The notes below the pieces were generated by a model. That model made no database searches, was not told the DNA's origin, and saw nothing but the letters and a program-made list of their open reading frames with translations. A stretch of DNA of 64,000 bases. It comes from an uncultured Bacilli bacterium (GTDB lineage: Bacteria > Bacillota_I > Bacilli_A > RF39 > UBA660). Shown here in pieces: positions 36,642 to 45,972 of this stretch. The stretch covers positions 21,548 through 85,547 of the forward strand of contig CAJTZC010000004.1 in assembly GCA_910583745.1 (NCBI GenBank). The letters run 5' to 3'. The translations under genes were made by a program, and so were the position numbers. Numbering within the stretch: position 1 is the first letter of the stretch; each line of letters begins with the position of its first letter.

Positions 36642-37056
36642 TCGCTATTCTCCTTATATGTCGTATGCTATATTTTACATCTGCATCTAAGAAAAGTCTA
36701 TGAATCTGTTTCCATGAGTAGCCTTTATTTCGAAAATATAATATTGTCTGCTTATAATCGTTTCGTTCTTTATTTTGAATTTCAGTTAATAATAGTTTTT
36801 GATATTCTTCAAGAGATTTTATCTTTTCTTTAACTGTTTCATCAATTTCTTTGCTAGCGATTGTATATTTCAAAAATTTGTCAAAATGTACAATTGTACT
36901 ATTAACCACAATTTCTTTTACTTTTAAACTGGTTGGTTGTGTTTTGCCAAATTTTACTTTCTTCTTTGATAATTCTTTATCTATCTCGTTAAAAAGCATT
37001 TCGATGTTTTTCGTTATATCGTCAATAGTAAGATGTTTACCTTTAGCTTCTATCAT
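36634..37056 (-). CDS. Hypothetical protein with a C-terminal HTH-like segment; candidate late-gene activator
   Basis: The C-terminal GYSWKQIHRLFLDADVKYSIRHIRRI resembles sigma region-4-like HTH. It is the last early gene before the late region. Confidence 0.3.
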   Translation of the reverse strand: MIEAKGKHLTIDDITKNIEMLFNEIDKELSKKKVKFGKTQPTSLKVKEIVVNSTIVHFDKFLKYTIASKEIDETVKEKIKSLEEYQKLLLTEIQNKERNDYKQTILYFRNKGYSWKQIHRLFLDADVKYSIRHIRRIANE

Positions 37057-37262
37057 AAATCCTCCGCAGGAAACTCATTAGTAAACTCTTCCCATACATC
37101 ATAATCTGTTTTATAAAGCCAACTTGATATTTTGCTTCTTAAATCGAATCTTCCTTGCCAAACAGCATACCTTTTATCTTCTCTTACTAAATTATAAATA
37201 ACATATATTAAACCCGCTATATATAATCCTATACATATTCCTACTATAATTCCTATTACCAT
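37053..37262 (-). CDS. Small membrane protein (69 aa, one TM)
   Basis: N-terminal hydrophobic helix. Confidence 0.4.
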   Translation of the reverse strand: MVIGIIVGICIGLYIAGLIYVIYNLVREDKRYAVWQGRFDLRSKISSWLYKTDYDVWEEFTNEFPAEDL

Positions 37263-37268
37263 CTAGTA

Positions 37269-37508
37269 TCACTCTCCCTTTAGCATAAAATGATATCTCT
37301 TATATCGCATACCGTCTAATTCTGTTGGTTTTTGTTCTAAGTTTTCTATCGACATTAGTATCTCATTAGGACACATATATTTATGTTTTCTTTTATATTT
37401 GAGTAATTCCGCATAATTATCAAATATCAACAATATATTATCGCTTTCATAACTGGGAACTATTCTAATCTGTAATAAGTTAATAATATTTTTTAGATTA
37501 TCATTCAT
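37269..37508 (-). CDS. Hypothetical protein (79 aa)
   Basis: ORF in the early gene string. Confidence 0.35.
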   Translation of the reverse strand: MNDNLKNIINLLQIRIVPSYESDNILLIFDNYAELLKYKRKHKYMCPNEILMSIENLEQKPTELDGMRYKRYHFMLKGE

Positions 37509-37670
37509 CTAGTATCACTCCTTGTCTAATAAATCATCAATCTCATCTTCTGTATAGCCTCTATAACCATAAGTACGGCTATTTTGTATTTTTTCTGTTT
37601 TACCTAAATCACTAAGTAAGAATTGTCTGTTTTCTTTGCTTGTTAGTTTACTTCTTTGCTCTTTAAACAC

Positions 37671-37901
37671 TCACATAAGTTCTATATCGTTCTTTATCTT
37701 ACGACGTGTATTTCTTGTGGTGTGTAACTCTTTTATAACTCTATAGCATTGTTTAGTACTTAATTTATTGAATTCTATTATGTGAAGTAAGTCTAATATT
37801 TTATTTTCTTCGTGAGTAAGTGACGAGTAGAGAGTTTCATCATACTCATCTAACTCATCTAGTAACTTACTTATCTCTATTACTTTATCTTTGATGTTCA
37901 T
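37671..37901 (-). CDS. Hypothetical protein (76 aa)
   Basis: ATGA overlap with the SPFH gene stop. Confidence 0.4.
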   Translation of the reverse strand: MNIKDKVIEISKLLDELDEYDETLYSSLTHEENKILDLLHIIEFNKLSTKQCYRVIKELHTTRNTRRKIKNDIELM

Positions 37902-38740
37902 TTTATGAATCCTGAAATATCTAATATATTTCCGTCTCCTGTTGCTTTAGGAAGTTCTCCGTTCCATTTTTCAATAAATTTTTCTTTAATTATGTTATCG
38001 GTTAAACTTTGTTGTTTCATTTCGTTAGCTTTTTTCTCGGCTTCTGCTTTAACAATCTTTTTTTCAGCCTCTATTTTCTCCTTCTCAAGCTCTTGTGCTG
38101 CAGCTAAAGCATTTTGCTCTGCCACTGCTTTTCGCTCAATAGAAGCGTTGTACTCTGCGCTAAAATCAAAGTTATTTATCGTTAATGATGAAATGCTAAT
38201 TCCATAATCTTTCATCTTTTCATTTAAAGTGTCAACCATCACTATTGCTATTTCTGACCTCATTGAAACTAGTTCGCTTGCATTATATTGACTGATAGTT
38301 GATTTTATTGTTTCTTGAATTGCAGGTTCTAAAACTGTTTCGTTATACTTTATGCCAACAGTTCTATATAGTTTTGGTGCCTCTTGTGAAGACAATTGAT
38401 AATTTACAGAAGCAGATATATTTGTTACTACCTGCATATCTTTTGTCGATGTTTCAAGACTATTTGCGTTTTCATATTTTTGTACTCTAACATCCATATT
38501 AACTATTTTTTCCCACGGCGCTTTTATATTAACACCCTTGCTCAAATTGTCGTCTAAGACTTTACCAAAACTTGTTTTAATCCCCACATTACCAGTTGGT
38601 ACGCTTCCTATAAAACCTGGTATTATTATCAATAAGCTAAGTAATCCTAATAAACATTTTAAATTTATTTCTTCTTCTACTACTATTATTCCTATTACTG
38701 CCACTACTGTGACTACAATTCCTATTATTAACCAAATCAT
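37898..38740 (-). CDS. SPFH/band-7 (prohibitin/HflK/C-like) membrane protein
   Basis: N-terminal TM helix. SPFH-like core (TGNVGIKTSFGKV...VNMDVRVQ). C-terminal Ala/Glu/Lys-rich coiled-coil (AAAQELEKEKIEAEKKIVKAEAEKKA) typical of band-7 proteins. Confidence 0.65.
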   Translation of the reverse strand: MIWLIIGIVVTVVAVIGIIVVEEEINLKCLLGLLSLLIIIPGFIGSVPTGNVGIKTSFGKVLDDNLSKGVNIKAPWEKIVNMDVRVQKYENANSLETSTKDMQVVTNISASVNYQLSSQEAPKLYRTVGIKYNETVLEPAIQETIKSTISQYNASELVSMRSEIAIVMVDTLNEKMKDYGISISSLTINNFDFSAEYNASIERKAVAEQNALAAAQELEKEKIEAEKKIVKAEAEKKANEMKQQSLTDNIIKEKFIEKWNGELPKATGDGNILDISGFIK

Positions 38741-38742
38741 CT

Positions 38743-38841
38743 CTATCTAACTCCTCCTAAAATTGAAATAACCCCCAAAATAATTATTGCTTTAATAACT
38801 ATTACTGCTAATAGTTCTATTAATGTAAATCCTTTTTTCAT
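38743..38841 (-). CDS. 32-aa peptide with a type IV prepilin-like N-terminus (MKKGFTLIELLAVIVIKAIIILGVISILGGVR)
   Basis: Below the ORF-track size cutoff. ATG at 38841 with an upstream GAGGAAGAG. KKGFTLIELL matches the prepilin peptidase cleavage/methylation motif. Its stop lies inside the RBS of the SPFH gene. Confidence 0.4.
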   Translation of the reverse strand: MKKGFTLIELLAVIVIKAIIILGVISILGGVR

Positions 38842-38942
38842 TTCTCTTCCTCTACTTTCTATTCCAAATTTTTATTATGTCGTTATTACACTTAACAACA
38901 AAATGTCTTCTATCGATTTCATTTGGATTCAACCTTTTAAGT

Positions 38943-39386
38943 TCATCGATTCATCATTTTTACTAGACTACTTTGACGACTAGAACTTTTGACTTTTGAA
39001 ACTTGCTTTGACTTCGTACGGTCCGGTGGTAGTATTTGGTATTTAGATAATGCTTTAACTTCTTCTTTAAGTTTCTTGTTCTCAGTTGACAATTTAGTAT
39101 TGCTGCTTTTAAAAGACCTATTAGAATTTATCAGAGATTCTATTTGTTTTATGGCTTCGTCTACTTTGTTTTCTAAAATAGATATTTGCCTTCTTAAATT
39201 TGATGTCTCATCTAAATTCAATTTTTTGAGTTCTTTTATTTTATCCTCTAGAGAATATTTTTCGTCCGTTAAAGTGCCGACATAAGCAATGTGATTCTTC
39301 TCTAGTCTTTCTATTTTTTCTTTTTGTTTCTTTTTTTCATCTTCATAGTCAGTCTGTTTAATTATTACTAAGTTAAATATTTTCAT
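38943..39386 (-). CDS. Coiled-coil protein (147 aa, Lys/Glu-rich)
   Basis: Heptad-like charged repeats. Confidence 0.45.
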   Translation of the reverse strand: MKIFNLVIIKQTDYEDEKKKQKEKIERLEKNHIAYVGTLTDEKYSLEDKIKELKKLNLDETSNLRRQISILENKVDEAIKQIESLINSNRSFKSSNTKLSTENKKLKEEVKALSKYQILPPDRTKSKQVSKVKSSSRQSSLVKMMNR

Positions 39387-39526
39387 TTCTTTTTTCCTCT
39401 TTTCTTCTTATTTTTCATAAACTTCTCGCAGTCTTTTTTACTACCCCTGAATACTTCGCTCATCGAAGAACCTTCGACAAGCCATACTACATAACATTTG
39501 TAGTAATCATCATATTCTATTTTCAT
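39383..39526 (-). CDS. Tiny ORF (47 aa), translationally coupled
   Basis: ATGA overlaps on both ends; MKIEYDDYYKCYVVWLVEG... Confidence 0.3.
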   Translation of the reverse strand: MKIEYDDYYKCYVVWLVEGSSMSEVFRGSKKDCEKFMKNKKKRGKKK

Positions 39527-39660
39527 GAATGCTCCTTTAAAATTCTTTTACATTTTTCTATTTCAAACGCAATGGATACTTTATGAAGTGGTCTTTTTTC
39601 TGCTTTATATTTAGATTCTAGCCAACATAAATATATTTGAGTTTTTAGTAATTCTTCCAT
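39523..39660 (-). CDS. Tiny ORF (45 aa), translationally coupled
   Basis: MEELLKTQIYLCWLESKYKAEKRPLHK...; overlaps its neighbours. Confidence 0.3.
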   Translation of the reverse strand: MEELLKTQIYLCWLESKYKAEKRPLHKVSIAFEIEKCKRILKEHS

Positions 39661-40151
39661 TTTCTAAATTCCTTGTCATATTCTTTCATCATCTGTTCAA
39701 ATTCTATGTCGCTTAAAGTTTTGATTCCAACATCTCGACATTCTTGCTCAACACCTTTTATAAGTTGATAGAACTCTTTTGAATTTAATTCGTGAGTCCT
39801 TTTATAAAATAGATAATATTCATTGTTTCCAACTATTCGCGATAGTCTGGTATATGGATAAATGTAACTTATGTCTTCTCCTCGAGGAATCACAACTTCA
39901 AATAATTCGCCGTTATCTTTAGTGGCTAAAGTTCCGTATGATACATTCATCATAATTTTCATATCGTCGTCTGAAATAGCATATCCGTTATTTCTGTTAT
40001 ATCTAGCAAGTTCATTTACGAGCTTGTGAAAGTATCTATTTGCTTGAGTGCCTCTCAAAGCTTTATACTCACGTAGCTCGTAAATTTTATCTTGTTTTAG
40101 ATTAATAAGTTGAAATGACAGTTCTTTAGGTGTACCAGTTATAGATTCCAT
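39645..40151 (-). CDS. Hypothetical protein (168 aa)
   Basis: ORF in the early region. Confidence 0.45.
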   Translation of the reverse strand: MESITGTPKELSFQLINLKQDKIYELREYKALRGTQANRYFHKLVNELARYNRNNGYAISDDDMKIMMNVSYGTLATKDNGELFEVVIPRGEDISYIYPYTRLSRIVGNNEYYLFYKRTHELNSKEFYQLIKGVEQECRDVGIKTLSDIEFEQMMKEYDKEFRKWKNY

Positions 40152-40346
40152 CTAATCATCCTCAATCTTGATAACGATATATCCGCTATCATTAGTTCTT
40201 TTGCGATATGCGTTAGACATATAAAACGAAATAGTATTTATACTTACGTTTAATAGATTTGCTAAATACTGCTTAGTGCCTAAATCTATAAATGTATCTC
40301 CACGATATAGTGCATAGATATTAGACTTCATTGTATTAATTCCCAC
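40152..40346 (-). CDS. Small HTH-like protein (64 aa)
   Basis: LANLLNVSINTISFYMS looks helix-turn-helix-like. Confidence 0.35.
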   Translation of the reverse strand: MGINTMKSNIYALYRGDTFIDLGTKQYLANLLNVSINTISFYMSNAYRKRTNDSGYIVIKIEDD

Positions 40347-40876
40347 TTATATCTATCATTTTCATAAGCATTATTTTTTATCTTGTTCGATAAATACTTT
40401 TCATTTTGATTTATCAGTTTACTTCCTTGAACTAAACTTGACGGATATATAACTGTGCCAGTTATTTTATCTTCGATTTTAACTTTTATTTGCGATGAAG
40501 CTAATCCGGTTCTGAATGCATGTTGTATGTTTTCTTTTATTGATACTAATTCTAAATTGCTTAATTTATTATTAAATCTGTTACCGTCAATATGATTAAC
40601 AGTTAAATTATGATTATTGATATCTTGACCATAGAATGTAAATGCTACTAGCCTAGCAACTAACAAGGTATGAGGTTTTCCGTCTTTCCACAAATCCACT
40701 CTGTATCCTGTTTTAGCAGATTTGCTTTTGTATTTTAAAATTCTATCTTTCCACCGTCTAATTTTATAAAGAGAAGAACTGGATATTTTGTTATGAGTTC
40801 TAACTTGACCTAGATTACTAACCTGATATCCTTCAAAATTTGGAATATCTAACCATACTTCATTCAAACTAATCAT
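40328..40876 (-). CDS. HNH homing endonuclease (NUMOD4/HNH_3-like)
   Basis: VWLDIPNFEGYQVSNLGQVRT is an NUMOD4-like N-terminus. HIDGNRFNNKLSNLE is an HNH motif. Confidence 0.6.
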   Translation of the reverse strand: MISLNEVWLDIPNFEGYQVSNLGQVRTHNKISSSSLYKIRRWKDRILKYKSKSAKTGYRVDLWKDGKPHTLLVARLVAFTFYGQDINNHNLTVNHIDGNRFNNKLSNLELVSIKENIQHAFRTGLASSQIKVKIEDKITGTVIYPSSLVQGSKLINQNEKYLSNKIKNNAYENDRYKWELIQ

Positions 40877-40879
40877 CTC

Positions 40880-41335
40880 CTAACTGAAAGGTAGCATATC
40901 ATCAGTAATCGTTATTTCGCTCGCGAAAGCTTCGTAGGGGTCTTCTTTAACTATGGCTTGCACTTGTTCAACTGGCTGTGTTGATTGTAATTGAGGTTGC
41001 GTTTGAATTTGTGTCTCTGTTCGTGGTCTATTATCGTGAAAGTCAATATTGCTGACATATACCACTGTTTTACTTACGTTTGTACCATCTTGTTTTTGAT
41101 ATTTGCTAGTTCTTATAGAACCAATGATTCCAATTTTGTGACCTTTCTTGCAATACTTTGATACTGCTTCAGCCTTAGAATTCCAAAAAATACATTCAAT
41201 AAAATCGGCGGTTCTTGTTCCATCTTGATTTTTGGGACGGTCTACTGCTATTGATACACTGACATATTTTTTGCCGTTTGCCTCTTTCAATTCAGGCTCT
41301 GAACATAAACGACCTGATAATACTGTAAAATTCAT
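40880..41335 (-). CDS. ssb: Single-stranded DNA-binding protein
   Basis: OB-fold N-terminus, Gln/Pro-rich linker, and an acidic C-terminal tail ending DDMLPFS. Confidence 0.75.
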   Translation of the reverse strand: MNFTVLSGRLCSEPELKEANGKKYVSVSIAVDRPKNQDGTRTADFIECIFWNSKAEAVSKYCKKGHKIGIIGSIRTSKYQKQDGTNVSKTVVYVSNIDFHDNRPRTETQIQTQPQLQSTQPVEQVQAIVKEDPYEAFASEITITDDMLPFS

Positions 41336-41406
41336 ACTTTTTCTCCTCTCAAATAATTTAGTTAGAAAGACGAAGAGTCGTCTTTCTGTTCACTTTATTT
41401 TATTGT

Positions 41407-42027
41407 TTACTTTTCTGTCAGTGAGCTGCGTTTTAGTTTGATAACTGGAGCGACCGCACCGCTGCTATCGACAAGGTAGTAGTCCAAATTGCCGCTACTA
41501 TTGACACTGAACACACTAGCATAGCCGACAGAATTCAAGTTATGAGGCGAGAACGACCAGAAAAGGTATTTGCATTTATTTTCTTTTAAAGATTTTGGAA
41601 GCCTAAATAATTCTTCAACCGATAATAATCTTACATAGTCTTTAGTTGTACTTGATTCTCCATCTAGCCAAACTGTACTAGTCATAGGCACTAGACTATC
41701 TTTGTCTAGCATCTTTAAGAATCTATCATTAAGCCTTTTTCGTATGATACTATTCTTCCATCTCCAGTCACTTGAATCTGAATTGAATTTAACATCATAG
41801 TCTGAATCGTATTCATCGCTATTAAATACTTTTTTTATGATATCCGGACTTAAGCATTTTTTCATTAATAGTGTTAAGCTCTCACTATCCTCTGCTATAA
41901 CATTCCAGTCAAACCCACAAAATTTGACTTCTCTAAATAGTCCTACACCTGTATTTTTAGTAGCTAAGTCTTCTCTAACATAGACTGTATCTACTCCGTT
42001 ATTCGTTAATGTAATTTTTTCATTCAT
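41407..42027 (-). CDS. Hypothetical protein (206 aa)
   Basis: ORF. Confidence 0.45.
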   Translation of the reverse strand: MNEKITLTNNGVDTVYVREDLATKNTGVGLFREVKFCGFDWNVIAEDSESLTLLMKKCLSPDIIKKVFNSDEYDSDYDVKFNSDSSDWRWKNSIIRKRLNDRFLKMLDKDSLVPMTSTVWLDGESSTTKDYVRLLSVEELFRLPKSLKENKCKYLFWSFSPHNLNSVGYASVFSVNSSGNLDYYLVDSSGAVAPVIKLKRSSLTEK

Positions 42028-42028
42028 A

Positions 42029-42262
42029 TTAATTAATCTCCTTTATTTCTAAAATATCTTCTATTTTTACATCAAACATTTCCATATCGCTTTCTTCTCC
42101 ATTTTCAACAAGTTCTCTAGCTTGTTCTTCGGATTCAGCATATACTGTTAATTTAGCTTTAAAAGACATGTCAGCTGTAAATTCATAACATTTTTCTTTA
42201 TCTTCAGGAGCCTCAGGATATGAACCTGCTCCTGCTTCTACTGTATCAATTGTGTTTGTCAT
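42029..42262 (-). CDS. Highly acidic small protein (77 aa); possible DNA-mimic or anti-defence protein
   Basis: About 30 percent Asp+Glu, with no basic patches. Confidence 0.4.
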   Translation of the reverse strand: MTNTIDTVEAGAGSYPEAPEDKEKCYEFTADMSFKAKLTVYAESEEQARELVENGEESDMEMFDVKIEDILEIKEIN

Positions 42263-42768
42263 TACTTCACAACCTTTACTTCATATCCTAAAACTTTGCT
42301 TATTTCTTCGACTGTCATTTCTCTTACATCTTGACGTTCAAAGATTATTTGACCTTCACGTTCAACTTTCATAATATCGTATTCAGCAAAAGAACTATCT
42401 CTAGTTAAATTTTCTCTAAAATCTGCTTTTACTGTGTCTGCATCGCAATGATAATGATAGCCTTCGCCATAAATGTGATTATCTGTATATACATATCTTT
42501 CGCCATTTCTTAAAGTTAAAATGTCTGCGAATTGTAAATCACTGATTGTCAAAACAACATTTTCAAGCATATCGTCTGTCCAATACCATTCTGGAAAGCC
42601 ATCAGTCCTTTTAGCTTCCTTTAAAATATAGCAATCGTCTTCAATAGCTTTTATTGTCATTATTTGGCCTTTATAGCTTGTCATCTTGTTGCTAACATAT
42701 ATTTTGTATTCTCGACCTTCTTTTAAATCTTTTCTAACGCGAATCTTGTCGCCTATTTTATATTTCAT
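42262..42768 (-). CDS. Hypothetical protein (168 aa)
   Basis: ORF with an ATGA overlap. Confidence 0.45.
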   Translation of the reverse strand: MKYKIGDKIRVRKDLKEGREYKIYVSNKMTSYKGQIMTIKAIEDDCYILKEAKRTDGFPEWYWTDDMLENVVLTISDLQFADILTLRNGERYVYTDNHIYGEGYHYHCDADTVKADFRENLTRDSSFAEYDIMKVEREGQIIFERQDVREMTVEEISKVLGYEVKVVK

Positions 42769-43384
42769 TTATATTTCCTTCTTTCTTAAGTTTATTTAGT
42801 ATTTCCAATATCTCCCCTGTACTCTTTCTTTTGATTTCAACTAGCTCACCATAACCACGTTTAGGTAGCCATATTGCATACAACTTATCAAACTGTTTTG
42901 TGTGATACATGCACATGTAAGCAAATTCATATAAACTCAATTGCCATGATAGATACTCTTTATCTAGTTGTGCAGTCGTTTTAATGTCGCATAAACTTAA
43001 TTTACCTTTAACTCTTGCTATCATATCGAATCGCCCTGCATAATCGTCGTTATAGTTAATCATTTGTTCTTGAGTAATAACATTTATCTGTTTAAAATCT
43101 TTAAGCCTTATGTATTGCCTTAAACTAAAGATTTGGTTTTCATCTAACTCTAATTTGTGAACCGTGTCGAGATAAGCTTTTTCTAACCCTTTTTGAACTC
43201 TTATATTTTCATAATGTTCAATCGACTCATGTACTTTAGAACCATATTCAGCTTTTTTATTTAACGTGGCAAGGTCTACCCCCTCGTATTTCTTTGGGAA
43301 TATAAAGTGTAAGATTTCACTCACACTAGGTATTATCATCCCGTCGTATAAATAAGTGTGTGTTTCTTCTATGAACTCAATCAT
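42758..43384 (-). CDS. PD-(D/E)XK family nuclease (phage exonuclease-like)
   Basis: GRFDMI ... LCDIKT matches the D...(D/E)xK catalytic pattern. Adjacent to the ssb and recombination genes. Confidence 0.5.
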   Translation of the reverse strand: MIEFIEETHTYLYDGMIIPSVSEILHFIFPKKYEGVDLATLNKKAEYGSKVHESIEHYENIRVQKGLEKAYLDTVHKLELDENQIFSLRQYIRLKDFKQINVITQEQMINYNDDYAGRFDMIARVKGKLSLCDIKTTAQLDKEYLSWQLSLYEFAYMCMYHTKQFDKLYAIWLPKRGYGELVEIKRKSTGEILEILNKLKKEGNINEI

Positions 43385-43701
43385 TAATCCAAAATTTTAA
43401 CCGTTACCGAACTTGCTACTGGACTAGTTTTTGAATATTCCTCGTAAATGTCAGGACATTCTTCTTTAAGACGTTTAGTGTCTACTGAAGTTCGTGATGT
43501 TCCTTTCTTGTAAGTAAATACGATTCCATGGGATTCGAGATTGGTTTTGCCTAGCTCTTCCATTAAATCTTTAACTCTTTGATTTACTTCTTTAGTACCT
43601 AACTCGAGTTTTTTTTGAAGACGTAGTAACTCTTTGTAGTCTTCTGCGTATTGTTCATCAAGTACTAAGCTTCCGTTTTCAACTTTTACTAACTCATTCA
43701 T
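43384..43701 (-). CDS. Hypothetical protein (105 aa)
   Basis: ORF. Confidence 0.4.
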   Translation of the reverse strand: MNELVKVENGSLVLDEQYAEDYKELLRLQKKLELGTKEVNQRVKDLMEELGKTNLESHGIVFTYKKGTSRTSVDTKRLKEECPDIYEEYSKTSPVASSVTVKILD

Positions 43702-44321
43702 TATGCTACTGTCTCTACTTTCTTTTTCTTTGAAATTAGACTACTTGCTTCCTGAACTGTTAAGTCCTCAATTTTTTCTTTTTTAACTAATTCTAACGCT
43801 TTAGTAATTTCTTCTGAAGTAAATATACTCTTTATCACTTCTATTTGTTTGTCAGTTGCTTTGACTATTTTTTGCTGAACGGTTTTCTGTTGAACTGGCT
43901 TTTGCGTTGGTTGCAGAGCTTTAGATTTATCTCCGGTAGTTGGGTCAAACATATCATTTTCTGTAATATCGAATGCTGACATATACAAGTATCTTCTTGA
44001 GTATGTTTCTACACCACCTAGAGCTTGTATTTGATTGCAGCCTTTTAATTCTAAGTCTCTCATAGGACTTGTATATTCTTCAAATTGTTCTTGTTTGTCA
44101 CTATTTACGATTCTTAGAGTTGCCACTTCGTTTGTAAAAGTTACTTTAGTAAACAGCCCTACCTCATTGCAAAGCCTTATAACTGTAGGAATAAAATCTC
44201 CTAATTCGTAATATTTAAATCCTGCGAATTTATTTTCTCCGGTTTGAGTTAAATTGCTCTCTAATAATTTTTGTTTAACTAGTTGAATCTTTTTCCAAAG
44301 ACTCATATTTGCGTAATCCAT
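43701..44321 (-). CDS. Possible single-strand annealing / recombination protein (206 aa)
   Basis: Context only: it sits between the DnaB-like helicase and the PD-(D/E)XK nuclease. No family motif recognised. Confidence 0.25.
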   Translation of the reverse strand: MDYANMSLWKKIQLVKQKLLESNLTQTGENKFAGFKYYELGDFIPTVIRLCNEVGLFTKVTFTNEVATLRIVNSDKQEQFEEYTSPMRDLELKGCNQIQALGGVETYSRRYLYMSAFDITENDMFDPTTGDKSKALQPTQKPVQQKTVQQKIVKATDKQIEVIKSIFTSEEITKALELVKKEKIEDLTVQEASSLISKKKKVETVA

Positions 44322-44330
44322 ATTTTTCTC

Positions 44331-44603
44331 CTATTCTACGAAAGTACACATTCTAGATGATAACTGCCATTTAGCACCTTTATCATCAGTAATTAAGTAC
44401 TCTTCGTCTTCTATTTTTTTAATTTCGTTTATTTTTATTTCTAGCGATTCGCCATTCATTGAGCAAATTGCCTTTGTGTATTTTGGTGTATTTATGTAAT
44501 CGTAAAAGTGCTTTGTTCCTAGAATTAAACCTAAGAATCCAGCTAGCGCTAACACACATATTGTGATTCGCATTATTGAATCTTTTATATCTTCGTATGT
44601 CAT
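44331..44603 (-). CDS. Small membrane protein (90 aa)
   Basis: One TM helix. Confidence 0.4.
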   Translation of the reverse strand: MTYEDIKDSIMRITICVLALAGFLGLILGTKHFYDYINTPKYTKAICSMNGESLEIKINEIKKIEDEEYLITDDKGAKWQLSSRMCTFVE

Positions 44604-44763
44604 TTTAAAATCCTTTCAATGACTCTTATACTCTCTTTAACTTGTTGTTTTTCTAATTCGTATTCAATTTTATTTGTTTCGTCCTTTGCATCTAATGCTT
44701 TAGTTTTTAAATAAATAAAGTATCCAAACAATTGATTTCGAATAGTCTTTAACTCTGTTCTTG

Positions 44764-45972
44764 TCAATTTAAATCCTCCATTCTTTGACTTTTTTTAAAA
44801 TAATCTGCTCTAATAAATATGTTTCTTTTTGACCCTCGACATTTTGGTATTAATAGTTGGATTTCTTTTGTATCGCTATTGTCATCTTTGTGTGGGTCGT
44901 GTATCAATATGATTGTGTCAGCGCTCTGTTCTAGTTCTCCGGAATCTTTTAAGTCTTCCATAGTCGGCGTATCTGCACCGTTTCGATTTATTTGAGCTAT
45001 TATGAAGACAGTACAGTTATAGTCTTTTGTAAGGTTATTAAGCTCTCGAGTAATCTCTCCTATTCTATCTCTGTCGTTCATTCCATAGCGTGAAGTCACA
45101 TAGCCGATATAATCAACAAAGACTATAAGATGCGAATCTCTTTGTTCTCTAATGATTTTGCTTTTAATCGAACGTACACTTTTGCTCCCGTTCACAACTT
45201 CATAATTGTAGTTGTATATCTTATCTGTCATGTTATTTATTAATTCATTTTGATAAGGACTAATTGGAACCTTAACCTCTTCCGTAGGTATTCCTGTTTC
45301 GATTCCGAGCATTCTTTCATATACCTCTGCCTCGGTCATCTCCATGTTGAAATATAAGCATTTATAGGTCTTACTTAAGTCACACATAAGATTTAATGCG
45401 AGCGCTGACTTTCCTTCGCTTGGTCGAGCTGCAATGATATTTACAGTGTTTTGTTTTATCATAATTTTTGTGTTGAAACTTTTAAATCTATTGAATTGAA
45501 TTTTTCTTTCTTCGCTTCGAATGATTTTTAACATTTCTTCTGGTGTTTTTTTGTTTGAATGTTTAAGATATAAGTTTTCTGAATTAATATTCTGAATTTT
45601 TTCGACTAAATCTTCCCGATTCAACTTGTGTTGTTCGTATTCTTTAATCGCTGTATCTAATTGATAATCTCTGTATGCTTCTTGTAAAGTATTTTGATAT
45701 TCATAGAATTGTGATATTAAGTAATCACCAGTAAGTGCATTTGTAATATAGTCTATGAACTTGTTTTGCTGTTCTTCTGTCGGAAACTTCATCGAAAATT
45801 GAGTAATATCAAATTCCTTCGTTTCTTGTGACATTTTTTTAAAAAAGTTTATCATCTTTCGGTTTTGAGCATTTAAGAAACATTTTTCATCAACATACAA
45901 TTCTTTTATTAATTCGAATCTATCAATTATACAGCCGATTATTTTTGTTTCTAAAATATCATACTGCTTCAT
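44764..45972 (-). CDS. DnaB-like replicative helicase
   Basis: Walker A (ARPSEGKSALALNL), and the IIAQINRNG motif resembles the DnaB SQLNR box. Confidence 0.7.
   Translation of the reverse strand: MKQYDILETKIIGCIIDRFELIKELYVDEKCFLNAQNRKMINFFKKMSQETKEFDITQFSMKFPTEEQQNKFIDYITNALTGDYLISQFYEYQNTLQEAYRDYQLDTAIKEYEQHKLNREDLVEKIQNINSENLYLKHSNKKTPEEMLKIIRSEERKIQFNRFKSFNTKIMIKQNTVNIIAARPSEGKSALALNLMCDLSKTYKCLYFNMEMTEAEVYERMLGIETGIPTEEVKVPISPYQNELINNMTDKIYNYNYEVVNGSKSVRSIKSKIIREQRDSHLIVFVDYIGYVTSRYGMNDRDRIGEITRELNNLTKDYNCTVFIIAQINRNGADTPTMEDLKDSGELEQSADTIILIHDPHKDDNSDTKEIQLLIPKCRGSKRNIFIRADYFKKSQRMEDLN

Noticed and set aside
43701-44321. Firm assignment as an ERF/RecT annealing protein
   Set aside because: No diagnostic motif recognised; only positional inference, kept at low confidence.
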